From Mytilus californianus (Eukaryota): a stretch of 64,000 bases of DNA. The position numbers and the translations under genes were made by a program. Positions within the stretch are counted from its first letter, which is position 1, and each line of letters starts with the position of its first letter. The notes under the pieces were generated by a model that was given only the letters and a program-made list of their open reading frames with translations, ran no database searches and had not been told where the DNA came from. This document shows positions 1 through 12,499 of this stretch, piece by piece. The DNA is taken from contig NW_026262593.1 of NCBI RefSeq assembly GCF_021869535.1, forward strand, positions 13,268,001-13,332,000. Direction: 5' to 3'.

Positions 1-290
1 TTTTGACATTTTAACCTATTATGTCTGTTTGTTTTATTCACGCATTGTTGTCAATATAATGGAATTTGATGCGACTGTCATACAAGTGAGAGTTTTATCG
101 TTATAAAACCAGGTTCAATTCACCATTTTCTACAGAAGAAAATGTCTGTACCAAGTCAGGAATATGACAGTTGTTGTCCATTCGTTTGATGTGTTTGTGC
201 TTTTGATTTTGCCATTTGATTAGGGACTTTCTGTTTTGAATTTTACTCGGAGTTCAGTATTTTTGTGATTTAACTTTTCATTATAACAGT
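1..290 (+). repeat. Dispersed repeat family A (non-autonomous, MITE/Helentron-like); other copies at ~14030-14300, ~15495-15620, ~43140-43250, ~44505-44615, ~46560-46830 and (minus) ~50316-50590
   Basis: The block ...tgtaccaagtcaggaatatgacagttg...gggactttcc...ggagttcagtatttttgtgattttacttt recurs at least seven times in the window, in both orientations. The element class is inferred. Confidence 0.85.
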
Positions 291-540
291 ATTTATCATC
301 AAACCATTAACATTTACTATTTTTTCTTCTGAGAAGATTTTATTTTACAAAAAAACGAGCTTCTGAAAATGGCAAGTGACTTCGTTGTTTTGGAAGATAA
401 AAATATGGCGGGTGTTTTCCCCTTCTGAAAATAACTGACACATTTGCATCCTAATTAATATTTAAATATAAAATGACCAAAAATAGTATCTATGATGATG
501 GGCTTCCCCAATTATTTGCATAATTACCCATCAAATTATA

Positions 541-757
541 CAGAAACTAAGGTTTCAACTCCCTCAGGCAAAGTTGACCTTAGATGGATTTGGCTATTTG
601 TTTTAGGTATTTTTGTCATATAGCTCTTCAACTGTTTCGGTACTTATACATCCCTCGGATTTCAAATAATTGGCTTTGAGCGTTCCTGATGAAGATAAAT
701 CCAGAAAAGCGCTTCGGACGCATGAAATTATTAAACGTGTTGTTTTCAATTTTTTAA
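541..757 (+). mobile_element. Solo, 5'-truncated copy of the 350-bp retrozyme unit
   Basis: Aligns by eye with the tandem units at 54271-55232 (aaactaaggtttcaactccctcaggcaaagttg...aaacgtgttgttttcaatttttta). Confidence 0.85.
680..721 (+). ncRNA. Type I hammerhead ribozyme motif (stem II weakened)
   Basis: GCGTTC(680-685) CTGATGA(686-692) agataaatcca GAAA(704-707) AGCGCT TC(714-715) GGACGC(716-721). Stem I pairs, stem III is palindromic, and stem II has a GG>GA change. Confidence 0.7.
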
Positions 758-2423
758 TACTTTATAAATCTCATATTTGGAAGAAAAATACCATTTGATT
801 CAATTAATAATAAAATTAACTTTAATAATTTATAAAATATTTGTAATATTTTTAACATGGCGACTAATTAAAATCGGATTGTTGACAAGTCTAAACATGC
901 TATAATTATCGTACAACAATGACAAGTTAACGCACGCTTTAAATGATTTAACATTATAAAATTCAAGATTTCAAAATTGTATCCCTTAAATATTTAGATG
1001 TAGAATACTATTTAATTCCAATAATATAACGATTTGATGATTTCAAAAGATCATATACACAATATTTTCAATATGGCGGGTTATTGACGCGTATCAACAT
1101 GTTAAAGGTCACTACGTACAATAATGGACAAGTTTAAACACGCTTTCAATATTGATTTAATAATCATGTTATCACAGCTTAATCGTCTTTAGCCGTAGGT
1201 GAATAAATATTATGTAATACCAGAGACATATAATACAATGTAATGTATGTCTGTTTTGATACACACTTAGACGGGGTTTTTCCTGTATATCTATTAATAG
1301 ACTGGGAATTTTCATCAATTAGATTTAAAGAAAAAAAAAAAGATCATATACTTATCATTAACACAAACGTAATAAGTAACACTTTATAATGAATTAAGCT
1401 CCATAGAAATTAATTAATTTAATTAATTAGTGTTGTAATACCTAATGATGACGTCATAGAAATTAGCCTCACATCGGGAGGCTACCTCTCAGGAGGCTAC
1501 CTTTTCCCCATAGGGTTAACATTAGCAAAAAGTCGCCAGAACCGGTAGTTCCTCCACTCTCAAGCACTTCGAACGCATGAAATTTATAACGTGTTGTTTT
1601 CATTTTTTAGAGACAAAATGATGCAGAAATTAGCAACTATAGGTCACCGTACGGCTTCAGCAATGAGCAAACCAATACAGCATAGCAAGCTAAATTGCAT
1701 TGTCGAAAAGGTTTTCAGTACATTGTGCCCTCGAATAAAAGATTTATGTGTTTTCTATTTGATTTTTAAAAAAAATACATTGATGAAATATAGACTATAT
1801 GCATTGGTGTTTAAGTATTGGTAGATATATCCATTTTTAATATACATAATGGTGTATGTGTATATGTATAATTGTAATTATACGAAGGTATAATTGTAAT
1901 TATACAAAGATGACACATAGTAACCAAATCAATTCGGTCGATATATTCCGATTCTTTTCGATTGCTATTACGGTCAGGGCGTGTTTTATTTAGGTTAGAC
2001 AAATAAAGGTTAAATTCCACAGAAATCAGGCATTAAAATCATATACAAACCTCAGCTTGCCACTCTCTTTTGAATTTAAACCCTGGTGATTCTTTAGAAA
2101 TTCGAATAACATTCCATTGAATAAAAAATGTACTTACCCGGAAGAAGATTGAATGAAATATTTTCTATTTAGCTTTGAGACAACTTCAAATGTCCTATGT
2201 AATAGAACTATGTCTGCTATTCCTGAAATGTCAACATTCTGAGAAAAAAACAATTTGGTCTACTGTGAAATATACAGTTCATTTCACGTTACACTGTTTG
2301 TTTTGTACGATTTTCACATTTAAAACCACTATTGACGTCCTTGTGGTGGTTTCATCAAAATAATGAAAAGAGTTTTCTCCCTTTACGTGACAAAATAGTA
2401 GGTTTGTTTTGTATGTTACCTAT

Positions 2424-2872
2424 AGGGGTAAATTCAGTAAAAATCTCCCATTGACTTTAATGCTAATCTATGTCTTGAATTAAATTTATACCTTATTTAC
2501 CTTTAGAAATTAGAAAATTTCATATATCATTCATGAAAGTACAAATGTAGCCCTATCTTTTGCAACAATAAAAACATAGGGTCATGCGGCATTTTTGGGC
2601 ATTCACATGGCCTTGTTTACAAACACTGTAGATTCGCACTTTATTCCTTTACTGACCCCCATTACTTTTCAACCCTGTAGTAAAAAAATTTAGTACATTC
2701 AGCATTCATTTTTTAATTTTTTTAACTCTAGTTTTGATCCATCTATCAAAAAATATTTATTACAAACATTATCTACCAATCAGAAGAGCACAGGACTTTA
2801 GTTTTGTACAGAAAGCTCTCCCCCAAATGGGCGGTCCCTGATGACGTATATTTATTTACTGAATTTACCCCT
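2424..2872. mobile_element. 449-bp MITE with 18-bp perfect TIRs
   Basis: AGGGGTAAATTCAGTAAA (2424-2441) is the reverse complement of TTTACTGAATTTACCCCT (2855-2872). No internal ORF. Confidence 0.75.
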
Positions 2873-3874
2873 TAACATTGGCGTGGTAGAAAAAAGAAAT
2901 TGCTTAAATACAACTGAATTTCCATATTTTATATAAAAAAAAAGACAAAAATCTTAGACACTTTAACACACAGCCTGTTATAACTAAAAATTTGTTATCA
3001 GTTATGAACTACTGGATTTGTTTTTATTTCTTGCCATGCTAATAAAATCTATAATTTATAATTAAGCGACTCCTGACATTTGATAGTGAAAGAATGCAAA
3101 CATGTGCACACACACACTTCATGACATCCAAATTATCTTTCAATGAAAGTGATACTAGTACCTGATAACAAAGAAAATGAAAATGATAAAACATCTAAAT
3201 ATTTATTCATTTATATATATAATGTCAGATTATAACAGTTAAACAATGATTTTGGATTTGACTTTTTTAACATTATAAAGCATAAAAAATTAAATATTTT
3301 TACATGTTCAAACAATGCAGTATATTGAATTATATAATAATATACACTGTACATTGGTAGCTTTGTATCTTAATCTATAAAATGGGGAAATCATCTGTTT
3401 TAATAAAAGTTCAATATATATTTTTACAGAGTTTACAAGCATGAACCCTACAGAATAATTGGTCTATTGCAAATTCAGACGATTATTTGTCTTTCATTTT
3501 TCTCTTAAAATAAAGCATAATTTTCCTTTAATTTCTTCTCTTTACATTATCTTTATCTCAATATTTTTAATTCAACAGTATTTTCTTTTATTGAAAATAT
3601 GAATTTCTTTAATTTGTGATTAAAATAAAGGTTTTAATGAAATATCTTGCCAGATTTACAAATTAAGCATAATACATTATCATTGTTGGGAAAGTGAAAA
3701 GAGCGTTATAATTTTCATCCCAATTTTTTCTATAAAACCAGAACAAAATGATTAATAAACGCAGACTAAATTGTATTCAAAAATATAGATACATAATAGA
3801 TACTTATAATAACTAAGTCAACTAAAACACAACTGATCAAATTTCTGATTGTAATGTTAGTCCTTGACCATTCT

Positions 3875-6800
3875 TTATTGCTTCTCTGGTGTAGAAGTTT
3901 GTTGGATTTTTTTCCTAGCTCCTTTTTGTGGAGTGTCCTCTGGTCTCCTTTTCATACCACTTTTTTATTAATCTGTTTCTTTCTTTTTAACTGACATTTT
4001 TTCAATTTAGCGGCCAGTTCTTTTGGTGGGAAAATCAAAATTTCACTCTCACTATCAACTGATGCGTCACTTCCAAGATTGTACTCAATTTCTCTCGTTG
4101 GTAATTTCAAAAGACATCCGTCTTGAAGAAAATTTGGCAAGATTGCTGTGTGTTGTCCAGCAGATAAATAATATTTGATTAGACAATTAATGTTTAATGA
4201 TAATTTATTGAGGACTGCTGCTGCTGGCATCCACAGTGCATAGTTTCTAGGTTGATCACTGCTCTTAGCAGTAGGTGCTTTCGCAGTTAGTTGTCTGATT
4301 TCCTCAAATGACAGCATTGTTGAATCAAGTGTCTTTGGACAATATAACAACTTAATCAGTTCTCTATATGATTCTTGACTGAAAGTGACATTCAAAAATG
4401 TTTGTTGATCCTTTTCATTTTCCTCTACTCTGACTAAATTTTGAAAGAGATGATCTGTAGCAACTATAGTATTAACAACATTCAAATGGCTAATGTTATA
4501 AAATTTGGGTAATATTAATCATTCCACCTTTTTTCTAACAGTTCCAAAATAGCAGTAATATTATAAATATCCATAGTGCTTCCAGGTTTTTGTAGTATAA
4601 TGTATACTGGATGCTTGTAACTGCTGTTATCGTTTCTAGGCCATAAATGGCATAATGCAAACATGTGTATTGTAACAGCATCAATGTCTCCTGATGTAAC
4701 TATACTGGCACAAGCTGTACCTTCTTCCATGTCTGAGACATATTCAACCAGCCAATCCACCTGTGCCATTTCTGCTTCTCCTTTGCATTGTTTTATGCTT
4801 GGGAGTTTCTAAATTTTGTTCCTGGATAATGGTGAGTGATCAAATTTGTATCGAATTGAAGTTGTGTACTTTTGGCAATGACATTGTACTCCTAAAGGAC
4901 AGTCTGTTTCATGTTCCATGATGTATTCGCTGTCAATATCAATAATAATATCACGTTTGAATTTAAGTTGTTCGATGTTTCTTGCTATGAAAGTACTTTT
5001 CAGGCTTTTACCTTCCATGGTTGTCTCAAGAGATGTTTTGTCGAAGGTTGTGGAACTTAAAATTTCTTCATTAGTCTTCTAATGTGTAATAGGAAACAAT
5101 GGTTTGTTGACTTGACGTTGAGTTCTTGTTGCTGCTTTGAAGTGGTCTGGTGTAAAGCTATACTTTTCCTCACATATTACCATATGCATCACTGTTGGCA
5201 ATAGGCTGATTGTTTTATTTATAATGGAATCTTCAACAAACTTTAAATAATGTTTTCCATCGTGGGCCCGAGTTTTGAATTTTACACCAGCAAATTCAAC
5301 CGTAACATGGGATATCAATGTCACAATAGACGCTGGTAAGGTTTTTTGTCCAAATAAGAAATACTTGTCCATATTTATGCCTCCATTCCCATCGTGCCCA
5401 TCAACTTCTTCCAGTTTTTCCATTGCTTCTTTTAACAAGTGAAGCAATGCTTTCTGCATACCTGTAGATTTTTGCACTTTTGGTTTAGAACAATCAGGCT
5501 TCAATATTGCTTGACATGCATTCATTTCTGAACTTTTTTGATCTGCCAATTTTGTCTGTTTCGCTACAAGTTTCTTTCTTTGGATCTCTTTTTTGTCCCT
5601 TTCCTTCTTTGTTACATCTTTCAGTTTTTTCCCTACGCGTTGAATTGTTGTACTTTTAGATGTTTTAAGTTTTTTAATAATTTCTTTAGGTCCATTAATT
5701 TGTTCTACATCAGGGCAGTCGTCTTTTGAAAGGCTAAATAATCCTTGAGAGCTTATATAATTTCCATATTAGAAATTGATCCACATCCATTGTGTTAGCA
5801 TCTAATATAGCTTATGGTAAGACACCTTATGGGTGAAAATAAACATTTAAAATTCTATCGTCCTTCTTTGTTGACAAACCACCCTGGCGCAATATCAAAC
5901 TGGAAATTCTTAAATGTAATTTAAATCTGTGTCAGTCATAGCCAGCCCAAGAGTATTGTCATTCAATGATTGTCCCTGTTTCTGTAATCTCTTGTGTTTT
6001 GTACTGTGATCACGTGCCTCATTAAGGGAGTCAATGAGTGACATTCTAGGCAGAACAGAGGACATGGTTGCTCCTGAACGAAAAGCCTTTAATGCATCCC
6101 GATGATCCATTTCTCTCTGGTTATCCAAATCAAAGTTCAATGTACTGTCCTTGTGAGGTGCTGTAAATAAGTATTCTTTCATGTTTTGGTAGAAGACGCC
6201 AAACTTACAATGTTCATATAGTAGCTGTGTTGTATATGCAGCATATGAGGATGCACCATTCAAAAACGCAAACGGTAAAGAAAGCTTGACTGATGCCAGC
6301 ATCAAATTATATCCCTGATGACCACCAATGCGTTCTGCAAGAGAAAGAGCACTTACTTCTTCACAATGTTCCATCATTTCATAATTTCATAATGAAGCAG
6401 GAAAGTAGCATTTTCTCTTCTGCTTTTAGCAAGAAAGTCTTTGTTCAGCAATTCCCATTTCTTCCAGTTGTGTGTTTCTTGTTGAAGTCACTCAGTACTT
6501 CTTTTCTCTGGTCTTGTTGTAATGTCTGGATAAACTTTACTTGAACAGAAATTCTCAGAGCGATTGAAAGCCTTCTTATGTACTATGATGCCTTTTCAAT
6601 GTGAACTGCAGATATTAGTTTCTTTCACTCATTGTATTCCTCATCTCGCATTTACTTCAATATTTGAATTATTCCAGCATGCTTATAACCACTACAAATA
6701 TTGTTTATTTTAGACTTCTTCAGATGTAGAATGGGATACTCAGGAATAAAAATTTTGTATTTGGAAGACATTGACATCAGCTTAAGCAAATTAGCTCCAA

Positions 6801-9800
6801 TTTTATTATCAGCACCAAAAAGAATCCTGTACGACTTGCCTGCATTAGTGCCTACTTTATCAGTTTTAATTAGTATGTCATCCAGTACTTCCTTAAGTTT
6901 AACTATATCATCATCTCTTCCTGTGGCAGGAGGTGGATATCTTGTAAGTAATGTTGGTGGGTTGTATTTTTCAAATCCAAAAACTACCTGCAATTCTGTC
7001 ATAGGATATATCTGCTTTATCTATAATTGATGAATTGTTGTTTGTTGAATTTTGACGTGTATCAAAATCTGTTGTCATTTCATTGGTGCTACTGTCTGCA
7101 TTTTCATTCAATAATTGGTCATCTCTGAGTTCTGTGATGTGTTGTTGGAAATGCAAGTCTAAATCTGGATTTTCTGGGATTGGTGTCAAATCAACTGAAT
7201 CGTCCAGTGGTGTGAAATACTGTTCCAAATCTTCATAATCTTCATCTGGAATGTTTGATAACTCAAGCTCATTTAGAATGTCTTCCAAGTTTTCGTCTTG
7301 ATCACAATCTGATGAGTTTGATTCAGGCTCTTCATAGTCTAAATCAATAGTGGTGTCACTATCCTAGCCAGAAAGTTCCATCTCAATGTCTTCTTCAATT
7401 TCATCCAGAGACTGAAATAAATAGATGAATATTTAAATGAAATAAATGGAAAATTTTCCCATGGGACACAAATGATGCCCCATCTTGCATATAACATTAT
7501 AAAGGTACATAACTCGAGAACAGTAAAAGTAACACAATCCAACTTCAGATTTAATCTGTGTTTTGTGGGAATGAGCTTCAAGTTTCATAACATTTGGTTG
7601 AGCCAAACTTAAGTTAGAGAACGGAAACCAAATTCGTGACGTATGTATGTACCAATGTATAGACTGACGTACAGACGGAAAGGGTAATACTTAACGTAAA
7701 AAGCTCACAATTGAAGTATTATATATAATAAATCATCAATCTTTTGAGGGTCCCTTTCGAATTAACCACATGTGTAATACTGGCACCTGTAATGTGACTG
7801 TACATTCATTTCAATGTTAATAGTTTTTGTGCCAATGTCAGTCTATATTGAAACTGTGCTTCAACGAGAAAAACAATCACCTTTGAAATCTGTGCAGTGT
7901 TTTTTTGAAAATTTGCTGTCGTTTGCGTGCGGTACAGACTGTCAGTATACTAGTATACATTGTATATGAATACCCGGATTATGTAAGTCTTATTTTAAGA
8001 TAGCTCTCATTTGTGTGTGGTGGTGGTACATTCATGTGTATCCATATTCTACATTTTGTATGTATGCTTGGAAAAATGTGAGGTAGTTTTGATCAATTAT
8101 CGAAGGAACAAATAAGTAATGATTAAAACAGTATACCTTTCTACCAATATTAGCATCTATATGATCCTCAATGTCAAGTGTAGCAAATGAGTCTGCAAGT
8201 GCTGAATCCGAATTTTGTGTTGAGTCCTCTTGACCACAGTCTAATAGGTGTTTGTTTGTTGATAATGATAATAAAAGAAGATGATTTGGTAATATAACAA
8301 ATAAGTATTAAACAAAATAAACTGAATATGTTTTTTTCCCACTTTACAATCTGTATTTTATTATAATAATTGTTCCGGTGTTTATATATGATATATATTA
8401 CAATCCATCTAAATATTTAATAAATTTCATTGAAAGGTACATATATTTTCTAGGAGAAACCATTTATGTTATTAAATTATTTCTTTTAAATTTGCAAAAA
8501 AAAAACCTGCATAAAAGGATAGTTATCGGACTGGCAATCGTCCCACATATCCTTGTTTTTATATTCGATGAATAATTGCTCTTTTAAAAAAATCATCTTT
8601 GTAAAAGCCTTAAATAAACATACCGTTCATAATATTTCTCCACAGATCATCTAATCCCCAGGTCATCATTGATCGAAACTGCTTCATACAGTTGTCCTCT
8701 TCTACTGATAAGGATAATAGACTAGTATGCACATCTTCTTTAAAGAGCTTAGTTTCTTGCCTACATTTACAATCATTAGACTGGTCACATTGATGATCAG
8801 TATGCCATGTGTGTTGAACATCTATATGATCTTTTGGAACACCACGTAGCGTAATTGGCAATGTACATATTTGCATGGAGCGAGATTCACCAGGATTTGG
8901 ATCAGTAAGGTGTTTAAGTCTAACTAAATTATCCATCATTAAAACTAACAGGCATTGGCGTAGACTTACATAAATTTTAACGCAGCCTGCCACAGTGTTG
9001 TATTCTAACTGGTATCTTCTAACGTAAGTATTAAAATAACACATCTCTGAGGACGCTTTCTCTTTAATCTTCTTTTCTGCTGCATTTAAGCTAAGTGTGG
9101 CACCAGAACTTGAAGCAATAGAAAATGCCGTGCCAATAGATTGATAGTTCATTGACAGTTCTTTGGTATTGAGCTCTTGAAGAATACCACAGTAGTTTCT
9201 GTTGTAAACATTTAACAACGTATCATATATGCTATAGAGCTTCTTTAGCTTTGAAGTAATAAGAGTCTCTATTTCGTTTGAACGATTGAACAGGTGATTG
9301 AGAAATGTTTCAAGCAAAATTTGAACATCTAAAGGTAACTCCATTGTCCATTCTTGTATAATGTTGAATGATTTCCAATGTAGCGGTTTAATCATTTTTT
9401 CCTGAAAACATCTGTCACATTTTCCTTCTTCATCTGCATTTTCAACTTCTTGATCATCTTCGAGAATATGTTCTGTTATAACATTTTCATCAAGTTTGTT
9501 CAACATATACAGGCCTCTGATTTCAAATCTGGACATACCACTGCCTTCTGAGATCGGTGTTAAAGTATTTGGCCTCAGGAAAACAATGGAGTGCATGAGT
9601 AGATTATGTCTCTTCATTGGATGAAATCTAAATGTACTTATTACATCTGCCATTTGGAAAAGTCTGTCTGATTTAACTTCTTTTTTGGATGGGTGCATGT
9701 TGAAACACAATAAAAAATGAGACCATTCTTTACATCTTCAGAAGCTGCAGTGCAAAGTTCATTTTCTATTCTAGCTGCGATATGAATTTTACTGGCATAT

Positions 9801-10510
9801 AAAAGTATTTTTTCATCTGTTTCTGCTATATGTTTTCTTTCATTGCGATATTTTATGATATTGTTTGATGACCTTTTGATGGACTTTGCCACAACAGCTA
9901 CATTTTCAATTTGCTTTAGAAACTGCCATTTAAGATCCAATTGTTCATCATAATCTTCAAATTCAGCTTCTTGGTTTGATTTAGAGAAATGATATTCAAA
10001 AAAGCATATTTTCTGCCATTCGTTGTCTGTAAATTGACCTGCGTAGTTTTGAAATAAACATGGTGTATAGTGATTCTCTGTACTCTGGTCCTTTTTTGAG
10101 ATGTTGTCAATTGCAGGAAGTCTGAATTGTTTGGCTGCTATGTTTTTATACAGTTCTTCAACGCTGTAAACTTGTATTGAATGCTGTTGCTATTTTGGTC
10201 TAGAAAGCATAGCTGATTCTATTTGATGAACTATGTGTAAGCATATTTTCAGCTGGTCACAGTGATGGAAGATATAACGAATGAAGGTATTTAGAATTAC
10301 ATATATATCACTGTCAGCCTCCCTTATGCTGTTTTTATACGATTTCATTTCCCGTAACAAGTTGTGCCTTTTAATTTCTTTGATGGAATCAGTTTCAAGG
10401 TGATTCTTCCTTAGAAAATCTACAATGGTTTGAAACCTTATCCATATGTTGCTATCATCTTCAAACTGTATGCACGAAAAACATTTATACAAAGGCACGT
10501 TTTCAAACAT
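3875..10510 (-). pseudogene. Decayed Academ-like DNA transposon ORF (DDE-like transposase + XPG/FEN-like nuclease), intron-containing
   Basis: Collinear minus-strand ORF pieces are joined by stops and frameshifts. Transposase-like motifs: MMDN (~8930), GADNK (~6810), PILH (~6720), LPFAFLNGASSYA and DNQREMDH (~6110). XPG/FEN-like motifs: EEKYSFTPDHFKAATRTQR (~5150), KGEAE (~4775), SGDID (~4685). There is a GT-AG donor at 8623 and a 96-nt phase1-1 exon at 8145-8240. TIRs were not found. Confidence 0.6.
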
Positions 10511-12145
10511 CTTTGTCTCTATGTTTTTGTGTTACCTAAAATTGCCGATATATAATCTAATCAATTAAATTGGACTAAGTTGCGGCAGGTTTTAAATTTG
10601 TACATTATGATTAAATTAAATTTACTGATACTGTGTTAATCTTTTCTGAAGATGCTTTAGTGAGAGTTTTTATTTTTGTTCCGTGTTGAAGTCCTCACTG
10701 TGACTTTGAGATGAAGAACAGCAATAAATCGCTGTTCCTTTTCATGGTGTGTTTTTCTGCTGTGCATGTACTGATTTTGTGTCATGGATGGATACCCCAT
10801 ATCCAATCTATATTTGGTGACATCCATATTATTTGGACTCTGATGGCTAATTGTTTCATTGGTAATCATACCATATCTCCTTATTTGTAAATTACGTATT
10901 AAAATATATTATTAACTGGGGTTTATTTCCTTGTTTCAAAAATTTCAATAGGGAACATAATTGTATTACGTTATTGTAGCAATAAACCATTATTTAAGAC
11001 GTTTCGGCCACTGGCCTTTACAGTTTCTTTATTTTCCTTCTTAACTACATGGTAGACATTTAATCTATTTATTTTTTTACTGCTTGAAACGTGTATAAAA
11101 TGTTTGATGTTTTTTTTTTATTGCAATCACAGAGGAGAATATTACAGTGTGATAGGAGGCATGATTGGTCTATATTCTGTTCTCAAGCGGTACCAATAAA
11201 TATTTTTGTTATTTGTATTATTCAGTAATGTTTTTATAGTGTAAAATTTGTTAGTACGTTTTCCAAAGTTCCCTTTTAGTTATACTGGTTTAAAAAAGGG
11301 GGGAGGGGTTTAATGTTGAATAAAGTAGTTTAACAAAACTAATTATCAACAAGTCTTTTCCCTGTTATAAAAATCGAAATATTTAAAAAAAACTCCCTCA
11401 TTCTAGATCCAATTAATACCTCTACATGTTTTTTTTCTGATTTGGTTGTGCTTTTACTAAACATGTAAATACAATATGCATGGTTGTTGTCTTTTCGGAA
11501 TATCTCATCTTATTCATATCTTTACCAAAAAAAAAAAATATAAATACTTATATATTTTAAGATATAAAACAATTTTCAATCAGAATACTCACAAATTATA
11601 AATATATTTTTTCTTTTTTCTTTTCTTCATAATTTTTTCGTCTTCCATTTCCTGTTTCTAAGTCTAATTTTTTACATCTGAGTCATGTATACATAAATGT
11701 GTGTGAAGAGAAACTATGTTTTCATACTATTTTGCTTATCATGTAATTTAAATGATAGAGATAATTGAAGCTATCAATGTTGTATGTCAAATCCCCTAAT
11801 TGAGAAACATTATTCTACATGAAACACCACTCGAGCTGAGCGACAAATGTGAGGCTGTGTGTTAGAGTTTAGATATATTAAATATAATTTCATGTTCGAT
11901 CAAACAGTTCATTGTAATATTGATTGAGTTTGAAAAATACTTCTTTTACTTTTAAGATCTGCCGTCGTTTGAAAACATATGTCTGTATAGTTAGTTATAT
12001 AAATCGATTACTTTTATATAACAAATCGTATATTCAAAATTTTAATAAATGGATCATCATAATGTTATATATATAAATATATTTATAGTGTACAAAACAA
12101 CACCAAATACAAAAAAAAAAATGATATGATTCATTTTACAACATA

Positions 12146-12189
12146 ATCATACTGATGAAGGATATCTGTTATCCGAAATATTTATAGAT
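12146..12189 (+). ncRNA. Minimal type I hammerhead ribozyme motif (Penelope-type)
   Basis: ATCATA CTGATGA(12152-12158) a GGATA-tctgt-TATCC GAAA(12175-12178) TA T T TATaGAT. Stem II is 5 bp, stem III is the palindrome AATATT, and stem I has one bulge. Predicted cleavage is after 12182 (AUU). Confidence 0.65.
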
Positions 12190-12499
12190 AATTACATTTA
12201 ATGTTTCCTTAATTTTGTTATTGGTGTTGTTTTGTACACTTTTTAGGTGTTTATATAATTTATTTATTGTGTGTACATGTATCGTTACTCGTAACGATCC
12301 AGCGCCCTCGTGGGAAAGATCGTTGACTTAATAAATATAACGACGTTATATAGATATATTTATATATATATGTATATATCCCACTGATGGAAGAACAAAA
12401 AATTGCTTACGCAATATGCAGATCTTTCATTGTTGGGCTAAGTTAAGTGAAATTGAAAAATCGTCTGAAAGAAATAATCAACGATGTTTTTCAATATAA

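Noticed and set aside
1448-1457. ATGACGTCAT (CRE-like) palindromes here and at 52361-52370
   Set aside because: They are isolated short motifs with no adjacent gene start, and are not supportable as regulatory sites.
2423-10930. The TAG-starting TIR at 2423 as the left end of the Academ-like element
   Set aside because: Its partner is at 2855-2872, and no matching inverted copy was seen upstream of 10510.
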